Positions 36,505-47,299 of a stretch of 61,246 nucleotides of DNA are shown one piece after another. The DNA is taken from positions 1-61,246 of the forward strand of contig CAMMWS010000003.1 of the NCBI GenBank assembly GCA_946500695.1, in the 5' to 3' direction. The notes beneath the pieces are model-generated. The model did not search any database. It was not told the origin of the DNA and saw nothing but the letters and a program-made list of their open reading frames with translations. How positions within the stretch are numbered: position 1 is the first letter of the stretch; every line of letters starts with the position of its first letter. Source of the DNA: an uncultured Mycoplasmatota bacterium (GTDB lineage: Bacteria; Bacillota_I; Bacilli_A; RF39; UBA660). The position numbers and the translations under genes were made by a program.

Positions 36505-38883
36505 TTACTTATTAAGTATAGCATCAATAGGTTTAATTTTTGTAATTTTACTTAGGGATATAATGGTAATAATTATAGATATGATAATTGTATAAACAAA
36601 CATTATAACTGGTACCCATGGATTTGTTACGATACCATTTAAAATGTAAGTTTTATCTCCAAATAAAGAATTATTTAATAAATTAATAGAGATAAACCAA
36701 AGAATAATAGAAATTATATAAGACATAATACCTACAATTATACTTTCGTATAAGAATATTTTAATAATATCATTTTTATTTGTACCTAAAGCCCTTAATA
36801 TACCTATTTGTTTTTTAGAGTAGGTAATAGATATATAAATAAAGTTAGAGAAGAGTAATATTGTAAATAATACGAATACCAAGGTTATAATGTTAATATA
36901 TTTAGCAAGAAAGTTATAGATGGCATTTATTTGTTCTAAATCATCATAATGAGGTAATGTCAAATAGTAATAAACACCACTTCTATTATAATTAGTTTCG
37001 TAAGTGTTTATAATATTTTTTAGTTCATTATAATTATCTTCGTAAACTCTATAACTAAAATTATATTTATTAGAGTTGGTACTTTCTATTTCTGTTATAT
37101 AATCATTACTAACATAATTATTATTATCTAGACTTATTCCTACAACTTTTAAATCATTTTTTATACTATTACTATTCAGATTACCATTAAAAGTAATGTA
37201 TAAGTTATTAAAACTATTATTAGTATTTATATAGGAATTTGTAAAAGTATTAATTAAACTACTATAATTGTCTTCGCTATTATTTAATAAGTATTCATTT
37301 AATTCATCATTGAAATTATTATCTAATTCTCTAAATAAATCTAAGGAAATAATTATTTCATCTTTATTAAGCTTAGTAATTGTATTTGTTATAAGTTGAA
37401 CATTATTATTATAGATTGCAATATTTTTAGCAGGTATTTCTTTTTTAGATAAATAAGAATCTGTAAGAAAAGTATTTATATCATTATTTAAAATGGCATT
37501 GTCGACAAAACCATTTACATAAATAAAGTAATCATCATTAAGATCATTATCTACTATTCCTGTTATAATAACTTTATTATCTCCTAACATTATTTCTTTA
37601 TTACTATTTATTAATTCATCAATAGAATTAGGTTTATAAATATTATTAGTACTATCTAAAATACCATATTTACAAATATATCTTGCGACATTTTTATGTA
37701 CCATTATTTCATTACTATTGACAGGTATTTTACCTTTAATATTACCAAGTATTCGATCATCTTTAAGTTCAATATAATTAAACCACATAGGTACATGGTC
37801 AAAGTCTTCATCAGGTTCTACATAGTCACCATAAGTAAAAGTTAGTAATCTATTGTTATTATATAATCTATAAGTTGGATTTAATTCTTCATTTATATTT
37901 TCTTTTAAAATATTTAAATCATCATTAGTTAAGTCAAACGGAAAAGAGGCACCGGCTGGCTCTACTTCTATTTTACTAATATCAAAAATATATTCATTAT
38001 TATCTCTCATAACTCCAGCCATGAATGTTCCTTTATCATAAAGGAAAGAGTTAACTGATATTCCCATAAAGACTAAAGATATCATAGTTAAGATAATAGT
38101 AAAGAATAGTTTTACTTTATTACTTTTTAGGGAAGTAAATGCAAAGTGTAAACATTCTTTGAAAGGCAGTTTGGCACTTACGGATGTGAAAGTACTGTTA
38201 TCTTGCTCTTTTATAGTTAAATCATTTCTAATAGCTTTACCATCTTGTAATTCTAATATTTTATCAGCATAAGTGTTAGCATTTTCTAAGTCATGAGAAA
38301 CAACAACTACTAATTTTTCTTTACTGATTTCTTTTAATAATTTAAAAGTCTCTTTACTTGATATACTATCTAAATTACCTGTAGGTTCATCTGCTAGTAT
38401 TATTTTAGGATTTTTAATTAAGGCTCTAGCGATACCAACTCGTTGTTTTTGGCCTCCAGATAATTCATTAATATTACGATATTCTAAACCTTTAAGACCA
38501 AGTCTATCTAAAAGATTTAATATCTCTTCTTTATCTACTTTTTTCTTTTGCAACTTTGCTGATAACATAACATTATCAAAAACATTATATTCTTCTAATA
38601 AGTTAAAATCTTGAAAGATAAAACCTATGTAAGTATTTCTATAAGAGTCAAAATCTTTTTCTTTAAAACTATCTATATCCTTATTATCAATATAAATTTT
38701 TCCACTTGTTTTACTATCAAGACCTCCTAAAATGTTTAATAAAGTGCTTTTGCCACTACCACTCTTACCAATAATAAATATTAATCCTTTGTTATTTAAA
38801 TTAATATTAATGTCAGTTAAAGCTTTAGTAGATCCACCTTTTTTACTCCGATATTCTTTAGATACATTTTCAAACCTTATCAT
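36505..38883 (-). CDS. Fused ABC ATP-binding/FtsX-type permease (MacB-like)
   Basis: GKSGSGKS, LSGGQKQRV, DEPTGNLD; C-terminal IGILRALG...IKPIDAI. Confidence 0.88.
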   Translation of the reverse strand: MIRFENVSKEYRSKKGGSTKALTDININLNNKGLIFIIGKSGSGKSTLLNILGGLDSKTSGKIYIDNKDIDSFKEKDFDSYRNTYIGFIFQDFNLLEEYNVFDNVMLSAKLQKKKVDKEEILNLLDRLGLKGLEYRNINELSGGQKQRVGIARALIKNPKIILADEPTGNLDSISSKETFKLLKEISKEKLVVVVSHDLENANTYADKILELQDGKAIRNDLTIKEQDNSTFTSVSAKLPFKECLHFAFTSLKSNKVKLFFTIILTMISLVFMGISVNSFLYDKGTFMAGVMRDNNEYIFDISKIEVEPAGASFPFDLTNDDLNILKENINEELNPTYRLYNNNRLLTFTYGDYVEPDEDFDHVPMWFNYIELKDDRILGNIKGKIPVNSNEIMVHKNVARYICKYGILDSTNNIYKPNSIDELINSNKEIMLGDNKVIITGIVDNDLNDDYFIYVNGFVDNAILNNDINTFLTDSYLSKKEIPAKNIAIYNNNVQLITNTITKLNKDEIIISLDLFRELDNNFNDELNEYLLNNSEDNYSSLINTFTNSYINTNNSFNNLYITFNGNLNSNSIKNDLKVVGISLDNNNYVSNDYITEIESTNSNKYNFSYRVYEDNYNELKNIINTYETNYNRSGVYYYLTLPHYDDLEQINAIYNFLAKYINIITLVFVLFTILLFSNFIYISITYSKKQIGILRALGTNKNDIIKIFLYESIIVGIMSYIISIILWFISINLLNNSLFGDKTYILNGIVTNPWVPVIMFVYTIIISIIITIISLSKITKIKPIDAILNK

Positions 38884-38940
38884 ATACACTCACCTTAGTA
38901 TAAGTTTAGCATAAAAGGCTTTAAATGTATTAGGAAATGA

Positions 38941-39324
38941 TTATTTTGTTCTATAGTTTACATTTTCATCAAAATAATTTTCTGACTCTTTTTTTGAAAT
39001 TTCTTTTTTATATAAATCACCAGCGTTTGTATTACCAGCGATATAATCTTTAATATAGTCAGGATCAGATATTTTTTTGGTAAATCTTTTAATACCTTCC
39101 TTTTTATTAGTTAGTTCATCTTTATCATTTTTAGTGCTACAATTGACTTTACTATAAATAAGGCCACAAGAAAAATTATAAATTTCTTTAATTGTTAAAA
39201 TACCAAGGTATAAAATGCTTCCAAAATATTGTTGATCTTGGTTCCATTCTTCAAAGCTTAGATTTTTTATTAAGAGTTTTTTATATGTTTCATTAATTTC
39301 TTCTTTTATTGTGTTATTGTTCAT
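38941..39324 (-). CDS. Hypothetical protein, paralog of 35986..36402
   Basis: SD AAAGGAG before ATG 39324; shared motifs with the paralog. Confidence 0.7.
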   Translation of the reverse strand: MNNNTIKEEINETYKKLLIKNLSFEEWNQDQQYFGSILYLGILTIKEIYNFSCGLIYSKVNCSTKNDKDELTNKKEGIKRFTKKISDPDYIKDYIAGNTNAGDLYKKEISKKESENYFDENVNYRTK

Positions 39325-39600
39325 ATATATTATTTCTCCTTTTGTCTGATAATTTTTTATAAGTGTATCTATCTCTTTTAATCTTACCATATTTTAAATT
39401 CAAAGAGCAAAAAAATAATATATGATAACTTAATTTTCTATAATATTATTATTTATATATGTAAAGAAAAAGTTATATATGTGTAAGCGATTTGAATTAA
39501 GAAAATTTATAATGATTTTTCCTTTTAATTGTTTATATAGTTGATATTTACTTTATAAATGTTTTTATGTTAAACTTTTATTAAAGTAGGAGTGGGAGTA

Positions 39601-41343
39601 ATGATTAAAGAGTATTATCATTTTATAAGAGATTATTTTAAATTAGCACAGATGAATAAAAAGTACTTTGTTATGATGTTAGTAACAGCTTTCTTTTATA
39701 AAGGGGCAAATCTACTTATACCGTTTTCTGCTTCTTTAATTATTAAATATATTACTTTAAAAGATTATCCTATGACTTATTTGAGTCTGGGATTTTTGGC
39801 ATTGTCTTATTTTTTATATAGGTTATTTTACTTTATAAATCATAAATATTATGGTAAAAATAATCATTATTGTTATGTTCATTTGCAACAGAAAATATTT
39901 GATAAAGTAAGTATGATGGATGATAGTTTTACAAAATATGTTAATAAAGGTAAACTTTTAAATAGTGTAAATGGCGATGTTATGAATATTGGGGACATGT
40001 GTGATAAGGTTGCAGAGTTAATTATGAGTTCTTTAGAACTTTTGGTTTTAATTATTATAATAATTAATTGTAATTTCTTAATAGCATTATTATTTATTAT
40101 CTTTACTATACTTTATATTTTTATTAGAAATTATACAGATAGAAAAGTTGATATGTATTATAGAAAACAAAGAAGTAATGTTGATAAGTATAGAGTTTTA
40201 TTTTCGCAAGTTACAAAGGGATCTAGTGAAGTTAAAAGCTTTGGTATTATAGAGCCATTAGAAGATAAGTTAAAGAAAATAAATAAAGAGTGGAGTAGGG
40301 CTTATAATATTAAAAGAAAATATGCTGTTATAAGAGATAATGATGTTAATTTTTTAACTTATGGCTTTAAAATACTTGTTTATTTTTTATCTCTTATTTT
40401 GTTAGTAAAAGGAAATATTACAGTAGATATAGTTGTGTTGATAATAGGTTATTTTGATTCTTTATTTGTAATACTTAGGACATTCATTTCTACTACTTCT
40501 GCTATTAGAGAAGTTAATGTAGGGGTAAAGAGAATAGAATCTATTCTTAATTATGAACCACATTCTATTCCAAGTGGGGACTATTTTAATGATGTTATAG
40601 AAGGAATAGTTAAGTTTGATCATATTTATTTTTCTTATAATAATAAAACTACTTTAAAAGATATTACTTTTACAGCATTACCTCATAAAATAACGACTAT
40701 TGTTGGACATACTGGTAGTGGTAAAACAACTATCTTTAATTTATTACTTAGATTTTATAAACCAGATAGTGGTAGTATTACTATAGATGATAAAGATATT
40801 TATAGTTATGCTAAAGAAGTTTATAAAAGTAATGTTTCTATTGTTAATCAAAGACCTTTTGTTTTTAATCTTTCAATAAAACAGAACTTTGATTTAGTAG
40901 ATAAAGATAGATCTAGACAAATTGAAATGTGTAAAAGAGTAGGAATACATGATTTTATTATGAGTCTTCCTAAAGGATATGATACAGTTTTAAGAGAAGA
41001 TGCTAAAAACATAAGTGGCGGACAAAAACAGTTAATCTCTATTGCGAGAACTCTTTTAACAAATTCTGAAGTATTGCTTTTTGATGAAGTAACATCTTCC
41101 CTTGACCCTGATACAGCTTTAAAGGTAGAAAATGTTTTACAAGACTTAAAGAAAGACCATACTATTTTAATTATTACTCATAAAAAAGAGTTAATGAAAA
41201 AGTCTGATTATTTAATAGTTTTAAATGAAGGTAAGATTGTAGGTATGGGTACTCATAAAGATTTAGTCAAAACTAATAAATATTATCAAGATTTAATCGC
41301 TAGAAAGTCCCCTAGTAAGGGAGGTGTATTTGATAATGAGTAG
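39601..41343 (+). CDS. ABC exporter, permease plus ATPase (heterodimer subunit 1)
   Basis: TM domain; GHTGSGKT, ISGGQKQ, FDEVTSSLD. Confidence 0.9.
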   Translation: MIKEYYHFIRDYFKLAQMNKKYFVMMLVTAFFYKGANLLIPFSASLIIKYITLKDYPMTYLSLGFLALSYFLYRLFYFINHKYYGKNNHYCYVHLQQKIFDKVSMMDDSFTKYVNKGKLLNSVNGDVMNIGDMCDKVAELIMSSLELLVLIIIIINCNFLIALLFIIFTILYIFIRNYTDRKVDMYYRKQRSNVDKYRVLFSQVTKGSSEVKSFGIIEPLEDKLKKINKEWSRAYNIKRKYAVIRDNDVNFLTYGFKILVYFLSLILLVKGNITVDIVVLIIGYFDSLFVILRTFISTTSAIREVNVGVKRIESILNYEPHSIPSGDYFNDVIEGIVKFDHIYFSYNNKTTLKDITFTALPHKITTIVGHTGSGKTTIFNLLLRFYKPDSGSITIDDKDIYSYAKEVYKSNVSIVNQRPFVFNLSIKQNFDLVDKDRSRQIEMCKRVGIHDFIMSLPKGYDTVLREDAKNISGGQKQLISIARTLLTNSEVLLFDEVTSSLDPDTALKVENVLQDLKKDHTILIITHKKELMKKSDYLIVLNEGKIVGMGTHKDLVKTNKYYQDLIARKSPSKGGVFDNE

Positions 41344-43048
41344 ATATTTTAAAATATGTAAAAATTATTTTAGTTTAGGAGCAGATAACAAGAAATATTT
41401 AATACTTTTATTTATAACAGCATTTCTTAGAAGTATTACTTTTGCAATAACTCCTATTTTTGCAGCGAGAATAATTGACTATGCTACTTTAGGAGAGTAT
41501 CAAGAGACTTTTATGAATATTGTTTATTTAGGTATTAATTATTTAGTTTATCTTATTTGTCACCATTTAAACTTTGTTGTTTATGCTAAAAATACTAATT
41601 ATGTTTATAATAAACTTCACCTAATAATAGCATCAAAAGTCGCTCACTATGATGAGGATTTTACCAAAAGACTTCCTAAATCCTATTTAGATAATACTGT
41701 TACTAGTGATGTTATGGATGTTTGTATGTTTACAGATAGAATGATAGATGCTCTTGCTCATTTCTTTACAGATATTATGGCTTTAGTAATACTTATTTTT
41801 TATAATTTAGAGATTGGTTTAATAGTTTTATTATTTAATATAGTTTATCAAGTAATGCTTGCCAAAGGGCAGAAGAAAAAGGATTATTATTTTATGGGAC
41901 AAAGAAGAAATCAAGATAGAATTACATCTTTATATGAACAGATGCTAGATGCTTCAAGTGAAATTAAAGCATTTGATATGAAAGATAAATTAAATAATTA
42001 TCTTGATATTTATAAGAGGAGTTGGACTAAACAATATTTCTTAAAAAGAAAATATTGGGACAGATCTAAAGTAATCTATCCAGTTATTATTACTATATCA
42101 AAATTTATTGCCTATATAATAGTTATTAAATATATTATGGATGGGGTAATGAGTGTTGGTGATTTAGTATTAATTGTTACTTATATTGATCAAATAGAAA
42201 GAGAAAACTTTGATTTTTTTGAGAAAGTTAATAAAGTTTGTAATAGTTCTGTTAGAATAGATAGACTTTCTAGGGTAATAAATTATCATAATAAGAATAT
42301 GTTGGAGTTTGGAGATTACTTAGAAGATAATATATTTGGAGATATTATTTTTGATAAAGTTACATTTAAGTATGAAAATAATATAAGCCTTAATAAGGTG
42401 AGTTTTGAAATAGAACCTAATAAACTTACAGCGATAGTAGGAGAGAGTGGTAGTGGTAAAAGTACAATCTTTAGAATTCTTTTAAGACTTTATAAAATAG
42501 AATCTGGCCATGTTTATATAGATGGTGTTGATATATATGATTATGGTAGTGAAGTTTATCCATCAAATGTCTCTATCGCTACTCAAAAACCTTTTATATT
42601 TAATATGAGTATTAAAGAGAATTTGTCTTTAGTAGATAAAAATATTTCTAATCAAATAAAAGCTTGTAAGAGAGTAGGAATACATGACTTTATTATGAGT
42701 CTCCCTAAAGGTTATGATACAGTGTTAAGTGAAGATGCTACTAATGTTAGTGGGGGGCAAAAACAGTTAATTTCGATGGCTAGAACATTGTTATCTAAAG
42801 CGGAAATTTTACTATTTGATGAAGTTACTAGTGCCCTTGATCCTAATACTACTAAACATATTATTAAAGTTTTGAAAGATTTAAAGAAAGATCATACAGT
42901 TGTTATTATTACTCATAAGAAAGATTTAATGAAAATAGCAGATGAGTTAATTGTTATTGATAAAGGTAAGGTTGTAGGAATTGGTAAGCATAGAAAGTTA
43001 TTAGAAGAAAATAGATACTATAGAAGATTATTTAAACAAAGAAGTTGA
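41336..43048 (+). CDS. ABC exporter, permease plus ATPase (heterodimer subunit 2)
   Basis: TM domain; GESGSGKS, VSGGQKQ, FDEVTSALD. Confidence 0.9.
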   Translation: MSRYFKICKNYFSLGADNKKYLILLFITAFLRSITFAITPIFAARIIDYATLGEYQETFMNIVYLGINYLVYLICHHLNFVVYAKNTNYVYNKLHLIIASKVAHYDEDFTKRLPKSYLDNTVTSDVMDVCMFTDRMIDALAHFFTDIMALVILIFYNLEIGLIVLLFNIVYQVMLAKGQKKKDYYFMGQRRNQDRITSLYEQMLDASSEIKAFDMKDKLNNYLDIYKRSWTKQYFLKRKYWDRSKVIYPVIITISKFIAYIIVIKYIMDGVMSVGDLVLIVTYIDQIERENFDFFEKVNKVCNSSVRIDRLSRVINYHNKNMLEFGDYLEDNIFGDIIFDKVTFKYENNISLNKVSFEIEPNKLTAIVGESGSGKSTIFRILLRLYKIESGHVYIDGVDIYDYGSEVYPSNVSIATQKPFIFNMSIKENLSLVDKNISNQIKACKRVGIHDFIMSLPKGYDTVLSEDATNVSGGQKQLISMARTLLSKAEILLFDEVTSALDPNTTKHIIKVLKDLKKDHTVVIITHKKDLMKIADELIVIDKGKVVGIGKHRKLLEENRYYRRLFKQRS

Positions 43049-43088
43049 TAAAACGATATAATTATTTTATTATTAATAGGGTGATGTT

Positions 43089-44054
43089 ATGTTAGACGTT
43101 TCTTTAGGAAAAATATATTATATAAAAGATGGAAAAACTTTAATAGAGGATGCAACTGTATCAAGTGAAAATTTAGATAGACAAAAAGTTCCTGGATTTA
43201 GTCGTAGAGTAACTTTATATAGTGATAGGGAATTATTAACTAATAATAAAAACTTGACTGATATTTATAAACAATACTTAGATGGTAATTATACTATAAT
43301 TAGGGCTTTACATCCAGGAATAAGTGATATGGGAAAAATAAATATTTTACCTGAATATGATGTCAACATTTATATTCCTTATAGACCTAGTTTAGGAGAT
43401 ATTGATAAACTGAAAGAAGTTTTAGATAAATACAAAGAAGAAAAAGAATTTGCTTTTAAAATTTATAACGACTGTAAGAGTAATTATGATTTATATGATT
43501 ATGGTTATAATTACTCAGATAATCAAAGAAGTGTTAGTGGTATTTGTGAATATTTTTATAAAGAAAAACTCTTAATGCTAAATCCTTATGAACAAGAAAT
43601 GTTCAATAAGTATCGAAATTTTGATTTAAATAGTTTAATGCTGGAAGACTATTATAAGTATGTATTAAATAACAGAAATACAGCTGTTGTCATAATAACA
43701 CCAGATGAAGTAATTAAAAAGGCGGTTACAAAAAGTTTTCATAAGCGTGAAATAGAAAACACTTTAGGTTATAAAATGAATCCTAATTTAAGTTATAATG
43801 AGTTAACTAGTGATTGTAACTTAGTTATTGGCTTCATCACTAAGGGTGTTATAATTGTTTATTTAGATATTAATATTAATGAATTTCAACAGGAGGCATT
43901 AAAATCATTTGTTAATGATGTGAATGATGTTAAGCAGATTAAAGAAAGTTTAATAGCTAATGTAAATGTTGTTAGAGATGGTGTGACAATTTATGAAGGA
44001 GAGTTAGCAGATGTTATTCCTTATTTAGAGGAAAATAAAAAAAGGCAGTTGTAA
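43089..44054 (+). CDS. Hypothetical protein (possible internal domain repeat, remote similarity to 44331 ORF)
   Basis: Long ORF with SD AGGGTG; VVIITPDE...H...IVYL...Q pattern. Confidence 0.65.
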   Translation: MLDVSLGKIYYIKDGKTLIEDATVSSENLDRQKVPGFSRRVTLYSDRELLTNNKNLTDIYKQYLDGNYTIIRALHPGISDMGKINILPEYDVNIYIPYRPSLGDIDKLKEVLDKYKEEKEFAFKIYNDCKSNYDLYDYGYNYSDNQRSVSGICEYFYKEKLLMLNPYEQEMFNKYRNFDLNSLMLEDYYKYVLNNRNTAVVIITPDEVIKKAVTKSFHKREIENTLGYKMNPNLSYNELTSDCNLVIGFITKGVIIVYLDININEFQQEALKSFVNDVNDVKQIKESLIANVNVVRDGVTIYEGELADVIPYLEENKKRQL

Positions 44055-44085
44055 AATCTCTAATAATAGCTTATAATACACTTAA

Positions 44086-44331
44086 ATGCGATTGATATTC
44101 AAGGAGTACATGTAAAGTATTTATAGAGAGTTAATGGCTGGTGGAAATTAACAATATGATATATGGAAGGTAGTGAATAGAGCAGGGTTTCTGAAATAGT
44201 AGTAAGTTACCACGGGATGTCCGTTATAAGTAATGAGTTAGTTTAATAACTATAAATTAAGGTGGTACAGCGTAGACTCCTTGTTTGACGCCCTTAAGTT
44301 ATAGTTATTTTTTATTTTAAGGAGGAGTCTA
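44086..44331 (+). promoter_or_regulatory. T-box riboswitch, Val specifier (GUA)
   Basis: AGAGAG (44125), GGCTGGTGGAA (44136), GAAG-GTA-G specifier (44170-44172), AGTA box, CCGTTA, T-box AAGG-TGGTACA-GCGT...ACGC-CCTT; upstream of valS. Confidence 0.9.
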
Positions 44332-44771
44332 TGAAAAGAGGAAAAGTCGTCATTATTCCGGATGAAGAACAAATATTAGAAGATAAGTTTGAACAGGATA
44401 TTTTAGATGATGAATATCATGTTAAAGGTTATCAGAAATTTTCTGACGATAATAATTTAGGTCTGAATTTTAGAGATGATGAATCACATAGAGCAGGTCT
44501 TAGTATTGCAGAGTTAGGACATTTTAATTATAAGACTGAAGATGATATAGGTGTCATAGCTTTTTATCTTCCAAGTAAAGTTACAGATAGACAGTTAGAA
44601 TATTTTGAAAATCATAAAGATGATTATGCTAGTTATGGGACAGTAGGCGCATATATTTTTAGAAGAGTAGATGATACTATTTATACTGATGAAATATATG
44701 GACTTGATGTGATAGAAAATCAAATGATTAAAAGAAATAGGAAAAGTGAGGAGATAGGTCATGTTAGATAA
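44331..44771 (+). CDS. Hypothetical acidic protein between the T-box and valS
   Basis: Strong SD AAGGAGG; its 3' end overlaps the valS start. Confidence 0.75.
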   Translation: MKRGKVVIIPDEEQILEDKFEQDILDDEYHVKGYQKFSDDNNLGLNFRDDESHRAGLSIAELGHFNYKTEDDIGVIAFYLPSKVTDRQLEYFENHKDDYASYGTVGAYIFRRVDDTIYTDEIYGLDVIENQMIKRNRKSEEIGHVR

Positions 44772-47298
44772 AAAATATAATCATAAAGAAGTAGAGAAAG
44801 ATAAGTATAATAATTGGGTAAATAAAGGATACTTTAAAGGTGATAAAGATAAGAGTAAAGAGCCTTTTTGTATAGTAATACCACCACCTAATGTTACAGG
44901 TAAACTACATTTAGGTCATGCTTGGGATACAACACTACAAGATATTTTAATTAGATATAAGAGAATGAATGGCTATGATGCTTTATGGGTTCCTGGAATG
45001 GATCATGCTGGTATTGCCACCCAAGCGAAAGTTGATAAGAGACTAAGAGAAATGGGGATTAATCCTAGAGGGATAACTCGTGATGAATGGTTAGAACATG
45101 CTTGGAGCTGGAAAGATGAGTATGCTACTACTATTCATGAACAATGGGCAAAACTTGGTCTTAGTCTTGATTATACTAAAGAAAGATTTACTTTAGATGA
45201 AGGACTTAGTAAAGCGGTTAGATATGTTTTTGTTAAACTTTATGAGAAAGGCTTGATTTATCGAGGAGAGAGAATTATTAACTGGGATCCAGTACAAATG
45301 ACTGCTTTATCTAATGAAGAGGTTATCTATAAAGAAGATAAGGGAGCATTTTATCATATTAAGTATTATATAACTGACACAGATGAATATTTAGATGTTG
45401 CAACAACTCGTCCTGAGACTTTATTTGGTGATACTGCAGTTGCTGTTAATCCCTCTGATGATAGATATAAACACTTAATTGGTAAGACAGTAATTCTTCC
45501 TATTGTTAATAAAGAAATACCAATCGTTGGTGATATTCATGCTGACCCAGAGTTTGGAACGGGTGTTGTTAAGATAACTCCTGCCCATGATCCTAATGAC
45601 TATGAAGTAGGTATGAGACATAACCTACCTCGTGTTGTTGTTATGAATTTGGATGCTACTATGAATGAGAATGCTCCTGGTTATGAAGGAATGACTCGTG
45701 AAGAGTGTCGTGAAAAACTAGTAGAAGATTTAAAGAAACAAGACGTATTAATTGGTATTGAAGAGATGACTCATAATGTCGGACACAGTGAGAGAAGTGA
45801 TGCGGTAGTTGAGCCTACTTTATCTAAACAATGGTTTGTTAAGATGAGACCTCTTGCAGATAGAGTACTTGATAATCAAAAGAATAAAGATACTAAAGTA
45901 AATTTTGTGCCAGTTCGTTATGAAAAAACAATGAATCACTGGATGGAAATAACCTATGACTGGTGTATTTCTAGACAATTATGGTGGGGACATAGAATAC
46001 CTGCTTGGTATAAAGGTGATGAAGTATATGTTGGAATGGATGCACCAGAGGGTGATGGATGGGTTCAAGATGAAGATGTACTAGATACTTGGTTTTCATC
46101 TGCATTATGGCCTTTTTCAACACTAGGATGGCCAGAAGAGACTGATTTATTTAAAAGATATTATCCTAATAATGTCTTAGTAACTGGTTATGATATTATT
46201 CCATTCTGGGTTAATCGTATGACTTTCCAAGGTTTAGAGTTTACTGGTAAAAGACCATTTAAAGACTGTCTTATCCATGGACTAATTCGTGATAAAAAGG
46301 GGCGTAAGATGAGTAAGTCTTTAGGTAATGGAGTAGATCCTATGGATGTTATAGATGAGTATGGTGCAGATAGTTTAAGATTTTTCTTAACTACTAATAG
46401 TGCTCCTGGAACAGATTTAAGATATGATGAAGAAAAGATAAAATCTACTTGGAACTTTATTAATAAATTATGGAATGCATCTCGTTATGTTTTAATGAAT
46501 CTTGAAGATCTGAAGACATCAGGATATGATTATCAAAATTTAAGTAAAGCTGATAAATGGATATTAACTTTAAAAAATAACTTAATAAAAGATGTTACTA
46601 AAAATATGGATAGTTATGACTTTCATAATGTTGGTAATATGTTATATAAGTTTATTTGGGAAGACTTTTGTGATAACTATATTGAGTTAAGTAAAGCTGC
46701 TATGAATGATACTACTAAGAGTGTTTTACTTGATGTTTTAACAACAATACTTAAATTACTTCATCCATTTATGCCTTATGTAACAGAAGAAATTTATTCT
46801 ATGTTACCATTTAAAGATAGTGAATCTATTGTAATTAGTACTTATCCTAAATATGATAGTGAAACTGTATTTAATGATGAAGCAGAAGAAATATCTAAAG
46901 TTATAGTTGATTTAAGAGAGATAAGAAATTTAAAAGCTACTAATAATATTAAGAAGAGTGATTTAGTAATGTTTAATACTAAAAGTGATTTAGAATATAT
47001 TTATAAGTCACAATTAAAGATTACTGATGAATTAATAGTTAAAGAGCCTTTAGAAGATTATCAATCTATTAATTATAAATCTAGTTTGATTGATATTACT
47101 TATTTCTTTAAAAATGAAGTTAATAAAGAAGAATTACAAGAGAATATTAAGAAGTTAAAAGACTCTATTGATAGACGTAAGAAATTACTTAGTAATGAAA
47201 ACTATGTTAATAAGGCTCCTAAAAATATAGTTGACCTTGATAGAGAGAAATTAAAAGAAGAAGAAGCTAAGCTTAAGTTATTAGAAGAACAATTGTAA
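44761..47298 (+). CDS. valS: Valine--tRNA ligase
   Basis: [13 protein letters not shown] (HIGH), [24 protein letters not shown]-terminal coiled coil. Confidence 0.98.
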   Translation: MLDKKYNHKEVEKDKYNNWVNKGYFKGDKDKSKEPFCIVIPPPNVTGKLHLGHAWDTTLQDILIRYKRMNGYDALWVPGMDHAGIATQAKVDKRLREMGINPRGITRDEWLEHAWSWKDEYATTIHEQWAKLGLSLDYTKERFTLDEGLSKAVRYVFVKLYEKGLIYRGERIINWDPVQMTALSNEEVIYKEDKGAFYHIKYYITDTDEYLDVATTRPETLFGDTAVAVNPSDDRYKHLIGKTVILPIVNKEIPIVGDIHADPEFGTGVVKITPAHDPNDYEVGMRHNLPRVVVMNLDATMNENAPGYEGMTREECREKLVEDLKKQDVLIGIEEMTHNVGHSERSDAVVEPTLSKQWFVKMRPLADRVLDNQKNKDTKVNFVPVRYEKTMNHWMEITYDWCISRQLWWGHRIPAWYKGDEVYVGMDAPEGDGWVQDEDVLDTWFSSALWPFSTLGWPEETDLFKRYYPNNVLVTGYDIIPFWVNRMTFQGLEFTGKRPFKDCLIHGLIRDKKGRKMSKSLGNGVDPMDVIDEYGADSLRFFLTTNSAPGTDLRYDEEKIKSTWNFINKLWNASRYVLMNLEDLKTSGYDYQNLSKADKWILTLKNNLIKDVTKNMDSYDFHNVGNMLYKFIWEDFCDNYIELSKAAMNDTTKSVLLDVLTTILKLLHPFMPYVTEEIYSMLPFKDSESIVISTYPKYDSETVFNDEAEEISKVIVDLREIRNLKATNNIKKSDLVMFNTKSDLEYIYKSQLKITDELIVKEPLEDYQSINYKSSLIDITYFFKNEVNKEELQENIKKLKDSIDRRKKLLSNENYVNKAPKNIVDLDREKLKEEEAKLKLLEEQL
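47248..47298 (+). repeat. valS 3'-end repeat, copy A
   Basis: AAATTAAAAGAAGAAGAAGCTAAGCTTAAGTTATTAGAAGAACAATTGTAA. Confidence 0.85.
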
Positions 47299-47299
47299 A

